Of a stretch of DNA of 64,000 nucleotides, positions 28,577-38,206 are shown in pieces (position 1 is the first letter of the stretch; each line of letters begins with the position of its first letter). The position numbers were made by a program, and so were the translations under genes. The stretch is taken from positions 1 to 64,000 of IMG/VR virus record IMGVR_UViG_3300037424_001076; one strand, written 5' to 3'. The stretch comes from a virus (taxonomy: Duplodnaviria; Caudoviricetes). The notes beneath the pieces were generated by a model. The model was not told the origin of the DNA, did not search any database, and saw nothing but the letters and a program-made list of their open reading frames with translations.

Positions 28577-28667
28577 TTTTATTACCTCACTTCATTTTTA
28601 TTTCTGGGCCACGATCTCTCTCGATCATGGCCTAATTATACCATTTTGCAGACATTGTCTACAACGA

Positions 28668-29219
28668 CTACTTTTTTCCATTTTTATATTTTAGCATATA
28701 TTCATCTCTTTGTTTTTGATTTACGATAGGCCATCTTTTTACATTTGGATTACTGAAATCATCATCCATATTATCTTGATGTGTTCCTAATAATAGATGT
28801 TCAGGATTAACACATAATTTATTATGGCATTTGTGTCTAACTAACAAACCTTCTGGGATTTCTCCTTTGAACAAAACATAAGACATTCTATGAGCATAAT
28901 TATTTTTATTTTTATATGTCGTGAACTGTCCATAACCATTCTTTGTACTACCAATCCAAATCCAACATTCATTTAATTTGCACACCATTTCCATAAACCT
29001 TTCTTTTACATCTTGTTTTTTTCTAATTGCTCCTTTTATTGAATATACTCGTTCTCTAGTCCTATAAATTGAATTATTTAAAATATAATGTATCGTTCTT
29101 TCCCCAATATGATACATTGTACCCAATTCTTTATGGGTGATATTTCCTTTCTTATATAATTTTCTTATTTCTTCTGCTTGGTCAAATGTCAATTTACGTT
29201 TTGCCATATTCATTACCAT
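28668..29219 (-). CDS. HNH endonuclease with N-terminal HTH
   Basis: CWIWIG...GYGQF...YAHRMSY...VRHKCHNKLCVNPEHL...GTHQDN. Confidence 0.9.
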   Translation of the reverse strand: MVMNMAKRKLTFDQAEEIRKLYKKGNITHKELGTMYHIGERTIHYILNNSIYRTRERVYSIKGAIRKKQDVKERFMEMVCKLNECWIWIGSTKNGYGQFTTYKNKNNYAHRMSYVLFKGEIPEGLLVRHKCHNKLCVNPEHLLLGTHQDNMDDDFSNPNVKRWPIVNQKQRDEYMLKYKNGKK

Positions 29220-29265
29220 CCTTTTTAATATTTATTTTGTTGACTTTGTCTACATAAATTTATAG

Positions 29266-29478
29266 TTAAGCAGTTTTTTTGATTTCAATCTTCAGCTTCT
29301 TAATCATATCCTTGATATCGTCATGGTCTCTCTCATATGAATCGATTATAGTTTCTAGCGAATCATTATCTTGATCCTTTAATGATAATTCATACAGATC
29401 AACAATTTTTACCTCAAGCTTATTTAATTCGAAATTTAGTTCCATAAGTTTTCTATTTAACATTTCAATTCTATTCAT
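29266..29478 (-). CDS. Coiled-coil hypothetical protein
   Basis: GGAGGT RBS; leucine heptads. Confidence 0.65.
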   Translation of the reverse strand: MNRIEMLNRKLMELNFELNKLEVKIVDLYELSLKDQDNDSLETIIDSYERDHDDIKDMIKKLKIEIKKTA

Positions 29479-29567
29479 TATAATTTACCTCCCAAATTTT
29501 ATTTTCTCATCCATGTCCTAATAGTATCATTCCACTGTATACTTTGTCTACTATAAGATATTTCCAA

Positions 29568-29774
29568 TTAATTAACACATTTATTATCTAATGACCAATT
29601 CAATTCCGCACCTTTTGATTCCTTAACCATAACATCGTTCTTATTCATTCCTTGGTATCTTGCCCATCCAGATCCTTTATTCTGAGCATCTTTTAGATCT
29701 TTTGCCTCGAATACAAATCTTCCATCGTCATAAATATCATCGAACATCCGAACAAATAATGTGTATTTAATCAT
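29568..29774 (-). CDS. Hypothetical protein
   Basis: GGAGGG RBS, operonic. Confidence 0.6.
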   Translation of the reverse strand: MIKYTLFVRMFDDIYDDGRFVFEAKDLKDAQNKGSGWARYQGMNKNDVMVKESKGAELNWSLDNKCVN

Positions 29775-29775
29775 C

Positions 29776-29946
29776 TTAATTTCCCTCCCTTACTTCATCA
29801 CATGAAATTATTTTATATGAATCTCCGGCACACGGCCTTGCACAAATGAATCCAACTTCAAACTTTATTTTTGTTGTGCTTGTAAATCTTATCCCTTTTA
29901 ATGTTCCATTTGTGAATTCTCTTGTTACTATATATTTCATCTTCAT
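29776..29946 (-). CDS. 56-aa hypothetical protein (not in the ORF track)
   Basis: MKMKYIVTREFTNGTLKGIRFT...; AAGGATGG RBS downstream of the promoter at 30053-30067. Confidence 0.55.
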   Translation of the reverse strand: MKMKYIVTREFTNGTLKGIRFTSTTKIKFEVGFICARPCAGDSYKIISCDEVREGN

Positions 29947-30081
29947 ATCCATCCTTTTTTATTTTTAGTAGAATCAGAAGCGATCCCATGCCCAGCGCAT
30001 TGTGGAACGTCCATCGCTTCCTCATCTCTATAGCATTATTATACTTTAATTTGTTTACATTGTCCACACTTATCTATGCGA

Positions 30082-30360
30082 TTACACTTCCAATTCTTTC
30101 ATTTTTTCCTTCAATTTATCCAATTCGAATCGTTTACCCCTTATCTCATCTTCCAATTCTCCTATCGTTTTCGATCTAGCATACATATCCTTTATTAGAA
30201 TCATTCCGTGTTTTACATATAATTCAGCTATATCCCTTTTATCATTGATGCTAGGATAATAATTATATACAGTTTGGATTATCTCGAATTCCTTCTCTGT
30301 AAATATCTTATAATCTGGATTTATTTCTGAGACTAGATCTGTAAATTCAATATTAGTCAC
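30082..30360 (-). CDS. Hypothetical protein
   Basis: FEIIQTVYNYYPSI...GMILIKDM phage motif. Confidence 0.7.
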   Translation of the reverse strand: MTNIEFTDLVSEINPDYKIFTEKEFEIIQTVYNYYPSINDKRDIAELYVKHGMILIKDMYARSKTIGELEDEIRGKRFELDKLKEKMKELEV

Positions 30361-30793
30361 TTTGTATTCCCCCCTATATTTCTTACTATTTCAAATTTTT
30401 CTATCGTTTTACATGTTAACTGGCGGGTCGCTCTTTCCTCTTCTGTTTCTATCTCACCTTTATATTCAGAATTACCATCATATTTATATGTTACAACCGA
30501 TCCATTTTTATAATACGCAATTGCTTTAGTCATTATAAAATCCTCCTTTTTATTCGCTTATACCATCTATTCGAATGAAATTATCTTTATCTTGAAGTTT
30601 AATGATGAATTTATCCATATCTAATCTTGTCTTGAATTCTTTTACCTTGCCGACCATTTGATCTTTTTTATTAATCTCAATCCATTTTACAGTTACCATT
30701 TTATTTTCCTTCTTTCTTTTTTTATTATCTCTTCCACTCCCTTTATTATATCATTTTAGTATACTTTGTCCACACGTAAACACACTCCAATTA

Positions 30794-31204
30794 TTAGAAA
30801 TAGAAGCATCCAATTTCCCTTTCCCATGGGCCTTTATGTTTAAACTTATATGATAATTCTCTAAGTTCTTCTATTGTATATTCAAAATGTTTTACTAAGC
30901 CCCTTGCAGCGTAATATTTTTCCTTGTCATAGAATCTCTGGTAAACTCCTTCAAAAAGAATATTTTCCCCAATTTCAACCCATCCATGTCCTATTTTGAG
31001 TCCTCCCATGATTGTACATGTTCCATGAACTAAGACAAGGTTTTCTGGATACGATGAATAAACTATATAATCCCAACTTTTTGCATAACACTCCTTTGGA
31101 TAAACTCTATTAATAACATTAATTTTATATATAGAATCGACATCTATTTCCATATCCCTATACTCTTCTCTATCTCTTTTTACTTTTTGGTACATCGTTA
31201 ACAT
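30794..31204 (-). CDS. Hypothetical protein, possible transglutaminase-like fold
   Basis: ECYAKS...LVHG...IGHGWVE. Confidence 0.6.
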   Translation of the reverse strand: MLTMYQKVKRDREEYRDMEIDVDSIYKINVINRVYPKECYAKSWDYIVYSSYPENLVLVHGTCTIMGGLKIGHGWVEIGENILFEGVYQRFYDKEKYYAARGLVKHFEYTIEELRELSYKFKHKGPWEREIGCFYF

Positions 31205-31243
31205 TAAATAATCCCCCCTATATACGATAAGGGAAAAGGCCGC

Positions 31244-32248
31244 TTACGCGACCAATTCCAAATATGCAAATCTTTCAAGGGCAACTCTTTTATCATCATT
31301 CTCCAATAATTGCGCTGCTCTTGTAAAACTATTAACTAGATCATAAACTGTTGCCGTATTTTTTTCAATTCTTTCAATTTCGAAACATTCCTGAATCTTG
31401 ACATTAAAATCCTTCGGCAATGTTAATCCCTTAACTCTTTTTAAAAGATCATTTATTGATTTCATCGGATCTGTAATCTTCATGTTCTTAGTATCTACGA
31501 ACTTCGCCATTTGCTGCTCTCCTTGAGCTATTGCCCTCTCAAATGCCTGAGCTACCTTTAAGGGCATATCTTCTTTTTGTACTCCCATATGCCTTTGCAT
31601 GAACCTATCTCCCCTTGCCTCTACAACTTGCAAACCATTCTCGCATATTAAACGATGAATGTAAGGGGTTATCGATATCGATCTTTTACCAACTTCACTG
31701 TTCATAATATGAAGACCAAACGTCAATTCATCCACTTTGCCATCCATTGTCGTTCCAGCATTATAAGATATTTCAGGTAACGTTAATCTTAAATGGAATC
31801 CGTCAAATGTATCATCTGCACTAAATCTTTTGATCTCATATTTCTGATCTCCGACCACATCCCTGACCATTTTCAAAACATCTGTATTATCAAAGATTGA
31901 ATACTTATCTGTGAGAACCGACCTAATATATTTTTCACCATCTTCTTCAATCGTTCTCAACATCCAATTTTTTTCTTCATATTTGCTATTCTTGAGCCAA
32001 TAATTAATATTCTCCCCTTGGAGTTCCGCCGGGCATCTATCCATATAAGTTGTAGGGATAGCTAACTTATGGCATAACTGGCTTTTTCCCCAATCAGTAA
32101 AATTATAAAATTCATTTCCAGTTATCAACTGACCATTCACACTATACCCTAATAATTTCGGGCTAACAAAAACATCCTTAGCCTTAGCATCTTTCTCCAT
32201 AGATCTTTCGATTAATTCATTGATATTAGTCATTTTATTTTCCTCCAA
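31244..32248 (-). CDS. DUF932-like protein
   Basis: IRSVLTDKYSIFDN, GLHIMNSEVG, HRLICENG, YDLVNSFT motifs. Confidence 0.8.
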   Translation of the reverse strand: MEENKMTNINELIERSMEKDAKAKDVFVSPKLLGYSVNGQLITGNEFYNFTDWGKSQLCHKLAIPTTYMDRCPAELQGENINYWLKNSKYEEKNWMLRTIEEDGEKYIRSVLTDKYSIFDNTDVLKMVRDVVGDQKYEIKRFSADDTFDGFHLRLTLPEISYNAGTTMDGKVDELTFGLHIMNSEVGKRSISITPYIHRLICENGLQVVEARGDRFMQRHMGVQKEDMPLKVAQAFERAIAQGEQQMAKFVDTKNMKITDPMKSINDLLKRVKGLTLPKDFNVKIQECFEIERIEKNTATVYDLVNSFTRAAQLLENDDKRVALERFAYLELVA

Positions 32249-32440
32249 TATTTTTTATTTTTTTGAACAACCTTATAGCAGCATTGTATCATTTAACTGT
32301 AGACTTTGTCAACATTAAAATAAATTTATATTTAATATTTTTTCAAAGCAAATTTTTTTCCCCTGAGTCCAGCAAACTTAATATCAATAAATATGATCTC
32401 GAAGATTTCTGATTTTTTCTTCTTCATTGTTCTACCTCCA

Positions 32441-32818
32441 TTAAATAACTTTTTTCCACATCAGATATTCAACGATGCAAGTAATAGTCCTGAATGACAC
32501 ATCATACTCTTTAGCCAAATGTGATTTCCTAGATCCTTTTTTATACTTTTCACGGATCTCTAAGACTTGTTCTATCGCAAGTTTTGGTCTGAATTTATCT
32601 GTTCTTTCATCATTTTTAACCTTTGTACTATTCCTAATTTTCTTTGGTTTTTGTATCACTATTTCCCCACCCAATTCATACCAACGCTTGATTGTCGATT
32701 CAGTTACTTGCTTTTCAGATCCATTTTCCATATCAACCACGAAGATCTCATTATTGACCATATATTTAACCACATATGATTTTCCATTTCTTTTATGAGT
32801 CGCATTGAAACTTTTCAT
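32441..32818 (-). CDS. Hypothetical protein with C-terminal HTH
   Basis: PKLAIEQVLEIR...LAKEYDVSFRTITCIV...W. Confidence 0.7.
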   Translation of the reverse strand: MKSFNATHKRNGKSYVVKYMVNNEIFVVDMENGSEKQVTESTIKRWYELGGEIVIQKPKKIRNSTKVKNDERTDKFRPKLAIEQVLEIREKYKKGSRKSHLAKEYDVSFRTITCIVEYLMWKKVI

Positions 32819-32934
32819 TTATCATCAATCTCCTTTTATATTTAATTTCCTTAACCCTTAATATGATAGTAACACTTGCAGACATTGTCCACAACGTCTA
32901 ATTATTACCATTTTCTCAGGGGATGGGGAGATTT

Positions 32935-33201
32935 TTAAATCTCCCTCAACCATTCGATTCCATCAAAATTAATCATTCCACCAGCATCCAATATTTCTTG
33001 ACATGCCTTTCTTCCACCGACCGGAACATAAGGCACATATGTTTCATCACATTCAAATTTTAGATATCCAAGTTCAGGAATATAAAATGCGAATCCTTTA
33101 GAAATCTCAGTGTAGCTAATGCTATTTATCTTAAATTTTCTACCCTTAACATTGACTATTTTAAGTTTTGAATTAATTTCTGATATTGTCATTTCAATCA
33201 C
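32935..33201 (-). CDS. Hypothetical protein
   Basis: ORF after an operator-bearing promoter, with RBS. Confidence 0.6.
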   Translation of the reverse strand: MIEMTISEINSKLKIVNVKGRKFKINSISYTEISKGFAFYIPELGYLKFECDETYVPYVPVGGRKACQEILDAGGMINFDGIEWLREI

Positions 33202-33277
33202 TCCTTAAGTTTCTCTCTCAACCACACCTTAATAGTACCTTTTTTTGTTGACTTTGTCCACATGAAAATAATAACTA

Positions 33278-33559
33278 TTAATATAGTTCACTGAAAACGA
33301 CTGGGAAAAATCCTGTTTTCCATTTGATATTATCAACTACGAAATCATAGAATCTTCCACTAAGGAATGTACCTTCATTACCATTGTCAGCCATCTCTTG
33401 AACGAATCTAAGAACATCATCCAACACAGCATTTGCTCTCTCATTACTATCCACCTTATCAAGATCCACAAACAGCTTATATCCGTCATGAGTCTTATAT
33501 AAGACAAGGTCTTTAGTGAACTTCATTATATTTCCATGTACCATCATTCTATTTTTCAT
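33278..33559 (-). CDS. Hypothetical protein
   Basis: Operonic ORF. Confidence 0.6.
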   Translation of the reverse strand: MKNRMMVHGNIMKFTKDLVLYKTHDGYKLFVDLDKVDSNERANAVLDDVLRFVQEMADNGNEGTFLSGRFYDFVVDNIKWKTGFFPVVFSELY

Positions 33560-33560
33560 T

Positions 33561-33791
33561 CTAATTCCCCCACTCTGCTCTCAATATAGGTTGCATCGAT
33601 CCTTTTCCCATGGGCCAAATGCATTCTTTATTATCCCAATTTGTTATTCTTCTACTACTGATCGAACTCTGTCCAATTCTTTTTATAGTGATGGATTTAT
33701 CAGTTCTTTTAACAACCTCATAATTCCATACACATTCATAATCGCAAGCCGATCTGCAAGAATACGTTTTGCCTACTTCAAATCTTTGCAT
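33561..33791 (-). CDS. Hypothetical phage protein
   Basis: FEVGKTY...SACDYECVWNYEVVKRT motif; GAGGT RBS. Confidence 0.7.
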   Translation of the reverse strand: MQRFEVGKTYSCRSACDYECVWNYEVVKRTDKSITIKRIGQSSISSRRITNWDNKECIWPMGKGSMQPILRAEWGN

Positions 33792-33907
33792 TTTTATCTA
33801 CCTCACTTTAATTTCTTCCCCCTCGACTTCTTTATTTTATCAAATATTGTAGACTTTGTACACTAGAAAAATTTAGAAATCCCGGTGATTAGCCGGGATC
33901 TTAGATT

Positions 33908-34141
33908 CTATTTATATTCTGAACCACGTTGGGCAATCCATGTATCAATTTGTTTTTCCGTCCACACTGGTCTATTTCCAATATAGGCTGCAGGATCAGG
34001 CATGATTCCTCTTTTCCAGTAAGTATGAACTTTTCTTCTATCCCATCCTCCTATCCGTTTCCCAACCTCTGTCACTCCAAGTAAAACAGGAATTCCTTCA
34101 ATCTCTTCCTGTACAATTTTTTCAAACACCAATTCCGCCAT
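33908..34141 (-). CDS. AlpA/excisionase-like HTH protein
   Basis: LGVTEVGKRIGGW...GIMPDP...GNRPVW. Confidence 0.7.
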   Translation of the reverse strand: MAELVFEKIVQEEIEGIPVLLGVTEVGKRIGGWDRRKVHTYWKRGIMPDPAAYIGNRPVWTEKQIDTWIAQRGSEYK

Positions 34142-34439
34142 ATAACTTACCTCCTTTTATATCCCGAATATCTCCAAACATCCTGTCATGTTCTGCCTTA
34201 TTAACTTCGGCAACATGTTCCAATGCCTTTAAAATTCTAGTATTTTCAACTACCTGAGTTTTAACTATAATTAAATCATTTTCTATTTTTTCAATTTTTA
34301 CTTCAATCCTATCAAATCTTTTGTCAACTTTATCAAATCTTTGATCCATTTTTTCAAACCTTTGATCCATCTTAATAAATTGCTTATTCATTTGTTCAAA
34401 CTGTGTTAAAACTAATTCTTGAAATTTTTTCTCATCCAT
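34122..34439 (-). CDS. Heptad-repeat coiled-coil protein, paralogue 1
   Basis: MDEKKFQELV...MDQRFEK MDQRFDK VDKRFDR. Confidence 0.75.
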   Translation of the reverse strand: MDEKKFQELVLTQFEQMNKQFIKMDQRFEKMDQRFDKVDKRFDRIEVKIEKIENDLIIVKTQVVENTRILKALEHVAEVNKAEHDRMFGDIRDIKGGKLYGGIGV

Positions 34440-34722
34440 TTTGTTCACGTCCTCCTGAAATACCCATAAGTGATCTTCGGTGTCTTTTTAAATATAAATC
34501 TGTAAATTCATCCTCATTGTCTACTAATCGCTTTGTCCAACTTGCAACAATATATAAATTTTTATCTAATCCATCAAACCTAGTATCATGTTCGACTTGC
34601 TTATTTTTTATTACAATAAGTTCATTATCAATTCTATCAAATCGTTGATCCATTTTTTCAAACCTTTGATCCATCTTTTCAAATTGGGCCATGACTAATT
34701 CTTGAAATTTTTTCTCTTCCAT
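34432..34722 (-). CDS. Heptad-repeat coiled-coil protein, paralogue 2
   Basis: MEEKKFQELV...MDQRFEK MDQRFDR. Confidence 0.75.
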   Translation of the reverse strand: MEEKKFQELVMAQFEKMDQRFEKMDQRFDRIDNELIVIKNKQVEHDTRFDGLDKNLYIVASWTKRLVDNEDEFTDLYLKRHRRSLMGISGGREQNG

Positions 34723-34744
34723 TATTACATCTCCCTATTCTCAA

Positions 34745-35002
34745 TTATTCACCTTTCACAATTTCTGTGAAGTCGCTCCAATCTGATATCTTAAAAACTC
34801 TAATTTCCTTAACATTCTCTTTGAATAAAATAATTTCCCTAAGTCCATTTATTACCCTATATATTTTAACGATATCATTTTCCCGCGAAAGATGTAAATT
34901 ATCTTGCACACGATCGAAATTGTTCACCTTTAATACTTGTTCGACTTTGCAATATATGATATCCAATTCATCTTGTGGTATATCAAATGCTATTGCATAC
35001 AA
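34745..35002 (-). CDS. vapD: VapD-like (Cas2-fold) protein
   Basis: YAIAFD start and IRVFKISDWSDFT end typical of VapD; the usual QGSVY reads QDNLH. Confidence 0.75.
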   Translation of the reverse strand: MYAIAFDIPQDELDIIYCKVEQVLKVNNFDRVQDNLHLSRENDIVKIYRVINGLREIILFKENVKEIRVFKISDWSDFTEIVKGE

Positions 35003-35088
35003 AAATCTTACCTCCTTAAAAATATTTTAATGCCTCTCTTCCATGATAACCTCTATTGTCTACTATGTCAACACAACAGATTATGCCA

Positions 35089-35475
35089 TTATTCATCCCA
35101 AACATCTATTCTCTCAAAACCTAAAATTTTATCATCTTCAAATCCAACATCTTCCAATAATTTATATTCACCGATTATGTCATCCCCAAATTGCCCTCGA
35201 ATTTTTTGTAGGCAGAACGTCCTTGCCATCCGACTTCTCCCATCACCAATCTCAGAAAGCTTAACTCCTCTTTCCGCCAACTTTACATAAAATCTTTTCC
35301 TGTCCTTCGAAAATCCCACATTTATTCTGAACTCTTCTTGATCATCATCTGCATATTTTAATAATCTCATGACCACATATCCCGGGAGATATCCAATTCT
35401 TTTCCGTAGATTAACGACATCCAAGTGCTTAGCCCATGTTATTAAATCTTTTGTATACGTTTCTATTGGAATCAT
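35089..35475 (-). CDS. Hypothetical protein
   Basis: Operonic, 4-nt overlap. Confidence 0.65.
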   Translation of the reverse strand: MIPIETYTKDLITWAKHLDVVNLRKRIGYLPGYVVMRLLKYADDDQEEFRINVGFSKDRKRFYVKLAERGVKLSEIGDGRSRMARTFCLQKIRGQFGDDIIGEYKLLEDVGFEDDKILGFERIDVWDE

Positions 35476-35897
35476 CCCTTTCGATCTTCCTTTATAATTT
35501 CCATGATCGAGAATAAAGTACCAATGGTTTTAGATTCTTTTCTATATGAATCTCTATATTTCTTACTAATCTCCGGCTCATCACAATGGAACGTCCTGCA
35601 TATACTCGGCCTAGTATTATATATCATACAACGATAATTTTTTGAGAACGGACACAACCAATAGATTACACCTTTTTTTAAATAGTCTTTAATTAGTTCT
35701 TGTCCTCGGTCAAGAAGCATCCTGCCACGCTTATCCTTTTTTAAAAACCTCTTGAGCTTTGCATACTCCTCATCTGTCAACATAGAACCCATAGAACAAC
35801 ACTCATTGCAACTTATACAATCTGGGTTATTCATTGATATTATTTGATCTTCTCTCATCTCTTCGATCATTGTCTTTACATCTGCTTGCTTTGGCAT
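35472..35897 (-). CDS. YkgJ-family Cys-cluster (CxxCxxCC) protein
   Basis: CISCNECC...CPF...CMIYNTRPSICRTFHC. Confidence 0.85.
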   Translation of the reverse strand: MPKQADVKTMIEEMREDQIISMNNPDCISCNECCSMGSMLTDEEYAKLKRFLKKDKRGRMLLDRGQELIKDYLKKGVIYWLCPFSKNYRCMIYNTRPSICRTFHCDEPEISKKYRDSYRKESKTIGTLFSIMEIIKEDRKG

Positions 35898-35910
35898 TCA
35901 TTTATCACCT

Positions 35911-36483
35911 TCAATCATTTTTCTCACCAGTATCTAATTCATAAATCTCATTTTCATAATCATCGATCACATGATATTTTGATTTTATATTTTCAACTAT
36001 TTTCTTTGTATATGCAATACCATCCGTCTTTCCATATAAGATAGTTGACTCTATTGCTTCTTTTATTACTTCCATTCCTAATTCAATACCAAAAAATTCA
36101 AACCATTCAGCTATTAACTTTCTCATATATGATTTTACTGGCAAAATAAACTCTGCTTGATGAAACATTCTAATAATTTCATTTATTGATATATCCAGTT
36201 CTGATAATTCTATTTCATCCTGTTTTATTCCAGTTATTTTATCATATAATATTTTTACGATTTTTCTTTCACCAACTTTTGTAAATTCCAAATAGCCAAG
36301 TTCATGCATTTTTATAATTGATCCATATGCTTTATTTTCTGTTATTTTCAATACATCACAAATGCTTTCAATTACTGGCTTGGTTAAGTTAGTGAATGCT
36401 GCCATGTAAATGCACATAGACTTCTGTACACAATCTAATTTTCTATTTAGGATTATACCTTTTACAATCTCTTCAATGTTCAT
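35911..36483 (-). CDS. Replication-associated hypothetical protein (HTH plus DnaD-like)
   Basis: Follows initiator 2; IKEAIESTILYGKTDGIAYTKKIV resembles DnaD. Confidence 0.55.
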   Translation of the reverse strand: MNIEEIVKGIILNRKLDCVQKSMCIYMAAFTNLTKPVIESICDVLKITENKAYGSIIKMHELGYLEFTKVGERKIVKILYDKITGIKQDEIELSELDISINEIIRMFHQAEFILPVKSYMRKLIAEWFEFFGIELGMEVIKEAIESTILYGKTDGIAYTKKIVENIKSKYHVIDDYENEIYELDTGEKND

Positions 36484-36498
36484 CTTTTTACCCCCATC

Positions 36499-37284
36499 TT
36501 ACAAATAGAATTTATCATACTTATCAGTTTTAGATTTATTTTCTTGTCCATTAATTTTGCCACAGGATTTTTTTCCAGATAGACGGTCATTAACTTCATT
36601 TTGCAAAACAGTTTTAAACCAACTTGATGGATGTGTTATTTCTTTGGGCCTAGATGCCAGTTTCCCCATAGCATAATTAAGATCAACTAATGTTGATCCC
36701 TGAACCTCTTTCATTATTTTAGAAAAATCTATCTCATCCAAAATGGAGATCTCTGCAGTAATCTCTGGATAAGTAATCTCTGTATTAGAAGGACTGACTA
36801 TTTCGACACTCCCAAGGGGCTGACTATTTCGACACTCCCAAGGGGTTGTTGTTTTCGACACTCCCAAATCAAGACTGTTGTTTTCGACACTCCCAGTATC
36901 CATGCGTGTTTGATCATCTTTTTCAAGAAATTCCATAAATGATTCAACGAATTTTTCTATATCAATCCTATAATGAAATGATGTGTTTGAACTTCCTTTT
37001 ATCTTTCTAACCTTACATTCTAATACACCTTTTCCTACTAGGAACTTTCTAGCTTTATCAAGTGCATATCTGGATAAACTTATCTCCTCTTTCCATTCTG
37101 GTATCGTTTTGTAGATCCAATCTGGATCACTCCCTTTATCAGACCAATATATTAATTGACTCAAAAATAACGCCGTGTCCTTACTTCCTGTGTAATCAAT
37201 TAATTTTCTAGGAATTGTTAAAATATTCTCTTGTCCTGTCAAACTTTTCATAACTGCAAATATCTGTTTTTGATTAGAAGCCAT
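36499..37284 (-). CDS. Phage replication initiator 2
   Basis: ALFLSQLIYWSDK...WIYKTIPEWKEEISL wHTH like initiator 1; internal iterons; C-terminal KYDKFYL. Confidence 0.85.
   Translation of the reverse strand: MASNQKQIFAVMKSLTGQENILTIPRKLIDYTGSKDTALFLSQLIYWSDKGSDPDWIYKTIPEWKEEISLSRYALDKARKFLVGKGVLECKVRKIKGSSNTSFHYRIDIEKFVESFMEFLEKDDQTRMDTGSVENNSLDLGVSKTTTPWECRNSQPLGSVEIVSPSNTEITYPEITAEISILDEIDFSKIMKEVQGSTLVDLNYAMGKLASRPKEITHPSSWFKTVLQNEVNDRLSGKKSCGKINGQENKSKTDKYDKFYL
36801..36895. repeat. Four 14-bp iterons TTTCGACACTCCCA (putative origin 2)
   Basis: Exact copies at 36801, 36827, 36853, 36882. Confidence 0.85.
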
Positions 37285-37306
37285 TCTTATTTCTCTCCCT
37301 CAATCT

Positions 37307-37337
37307 AAAAAAGCTACCCGAGCACAAGCCAGATAGC
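37307..37337 (-). terminator. Attenuator-type terminator ahead of initiator 2
   Basis: GCTATCTGG-cttgtgc-TCGGGTAGC followed by U6, about 20 nt before the ATG. Confidence 0.7.
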
Positions 37338-37393
37338 AGAAGATCCATAAAATGTCATTGATACCTTGTACTAATACATGGTATAATGGGCAT

Positions 37394-37476
37394 AATCATA
37401 TAGAAACCTTCGCATCGTGGTTTGGTGCTAAGACTAGAAAACCTTCGAGAACTACCAATTCTCGGAGGTTTTTGCT
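37394..37476 (+). ncRNA. Putative ~80-nt antisense (copy-control) RNA 2
   Basis: TTGATA-18-TATAAT promoter (37358-37387); ends in AAAACCTTCGAGAA-CTACCAA-TTCTCGGAGGTTTT hairpin; opposite a TGGTATAAT promoter at 37496-37504. Confidence 0.6.
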
Positions 37477-37537
37477 TTATTCATTTATTTTTATTATTAT
37501 ACCATAAGCATAGGACGAGATGACACCTTTTAGAAAA

Positions 37538-37708
37538 CTATATTTCCTTTGTTATCATACTCAAATCTATTACATCAATAATTTTAACTTTCGTAAGTGA
37601 TCCCGGCAAGAATGCAGTAGTATCTTTTTTCCATATATCATTCACCGATGAATTCCACCATAATTTTTTACCACTTTTTACATACTCAGCTAATATTAAA
37701 AATCTCAT
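37538..37708 (-). CDS. 56-aa hypothetical protein (not in the ORF track)
   Basis: MRFLILAEYVKSGKKLWWN...; AAGGTGA RBS. Confidence 0.5.
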   Translation of the reverse strand: MRFLILAEYVKSGKKLWWNSSVNDIWKKDTTAFLPGSLTKVKIIDVIDLSMITKEI

Positions 37709-37724
37709 AATTTCACCTTTCTCT

Positions 37725-37940
37725 CTAATTTTTTATTTTAATAGCTGCAAAAATCATCGTATTAGTTCCGGTATGTTTCCCTAATATTTTATAATTTTCA
37801 TCTTCAAAATGGGTAGGTTCTTTGTATCCCTGTGCCATAGCAATTTCCATATCCTCAAATACATCCTCAATTTTCACTGTTAGGAATCTAGGAGTTTTAA
37901 CGTAATCGCCTTTTTTCATTTTTAAGTTCCTTCCTTTCAC
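37725..37940 (-). CDS. Hypothetical protein
   Basis: MKKGDYVKTPRFLTVKIE...; start probably the internal Met. Confidence 0.65.
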   Translation of the reverse strand: MKGRNLKMKKGDYVKTPRFLTVKIEDVFEDMEIAMAQGYKEPTHFEDENYKILGKHTGTNTMIFAAIKIKN

Positions 37941-38206
37941 GGATTATTTAAAACCTCGTCATGGTGTCCACAATTTCTAAATATTATATTTTTTTCATCA
38001 TCGATACTAAATGTTATTCTGATATCCATATTTCCACTAATTTCATAAATTCCTCTGTGCCCTTTTACCTTTTTAAATCTTAGGCTATTTGGCAATGATT
38101 CAGAAAATAACTGCCTCATAGCCTTCTGTACGCAATCTCTGAGTTCACGATCTAATTTTATAAATGCTCTATCAAATCTTTTAAGAGTTTTAGAATTTTT
38201 AAACAT
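37937..38206 (-). CDS. RelE/ParE-family toxin
   Basis: TLKRFDRAFIKL...SLRFKKVKG...RITFS...FRNCGHHD. Confidence 0.8.
   Translation of the reverse strand: MFKNSKTLKRFDRAFIKLDRELRDCVQKAMRQLFSESLPNSLRFKKVKGHRGIYEISGNMDIRITFSIDDEKNIIFRNCGHHDEVLNNP

Noticed and set aside
29858-30067. ORF-track protein MDNVNKLKYNN...
   Set aside because: Its start codons are the operator/-35 and -10 of a promoter (TGGACA-17-TATAAT); a better gene with an RBS lies at 29776-29946 in another frame.
34745-35002. VapD (Cas2 fold) as a spacer-acquisition factor for the arrays
   Set aside because: It is 12 kb from the nearest array, there is no Cas1, and VapD is common on mobile elements by itself.
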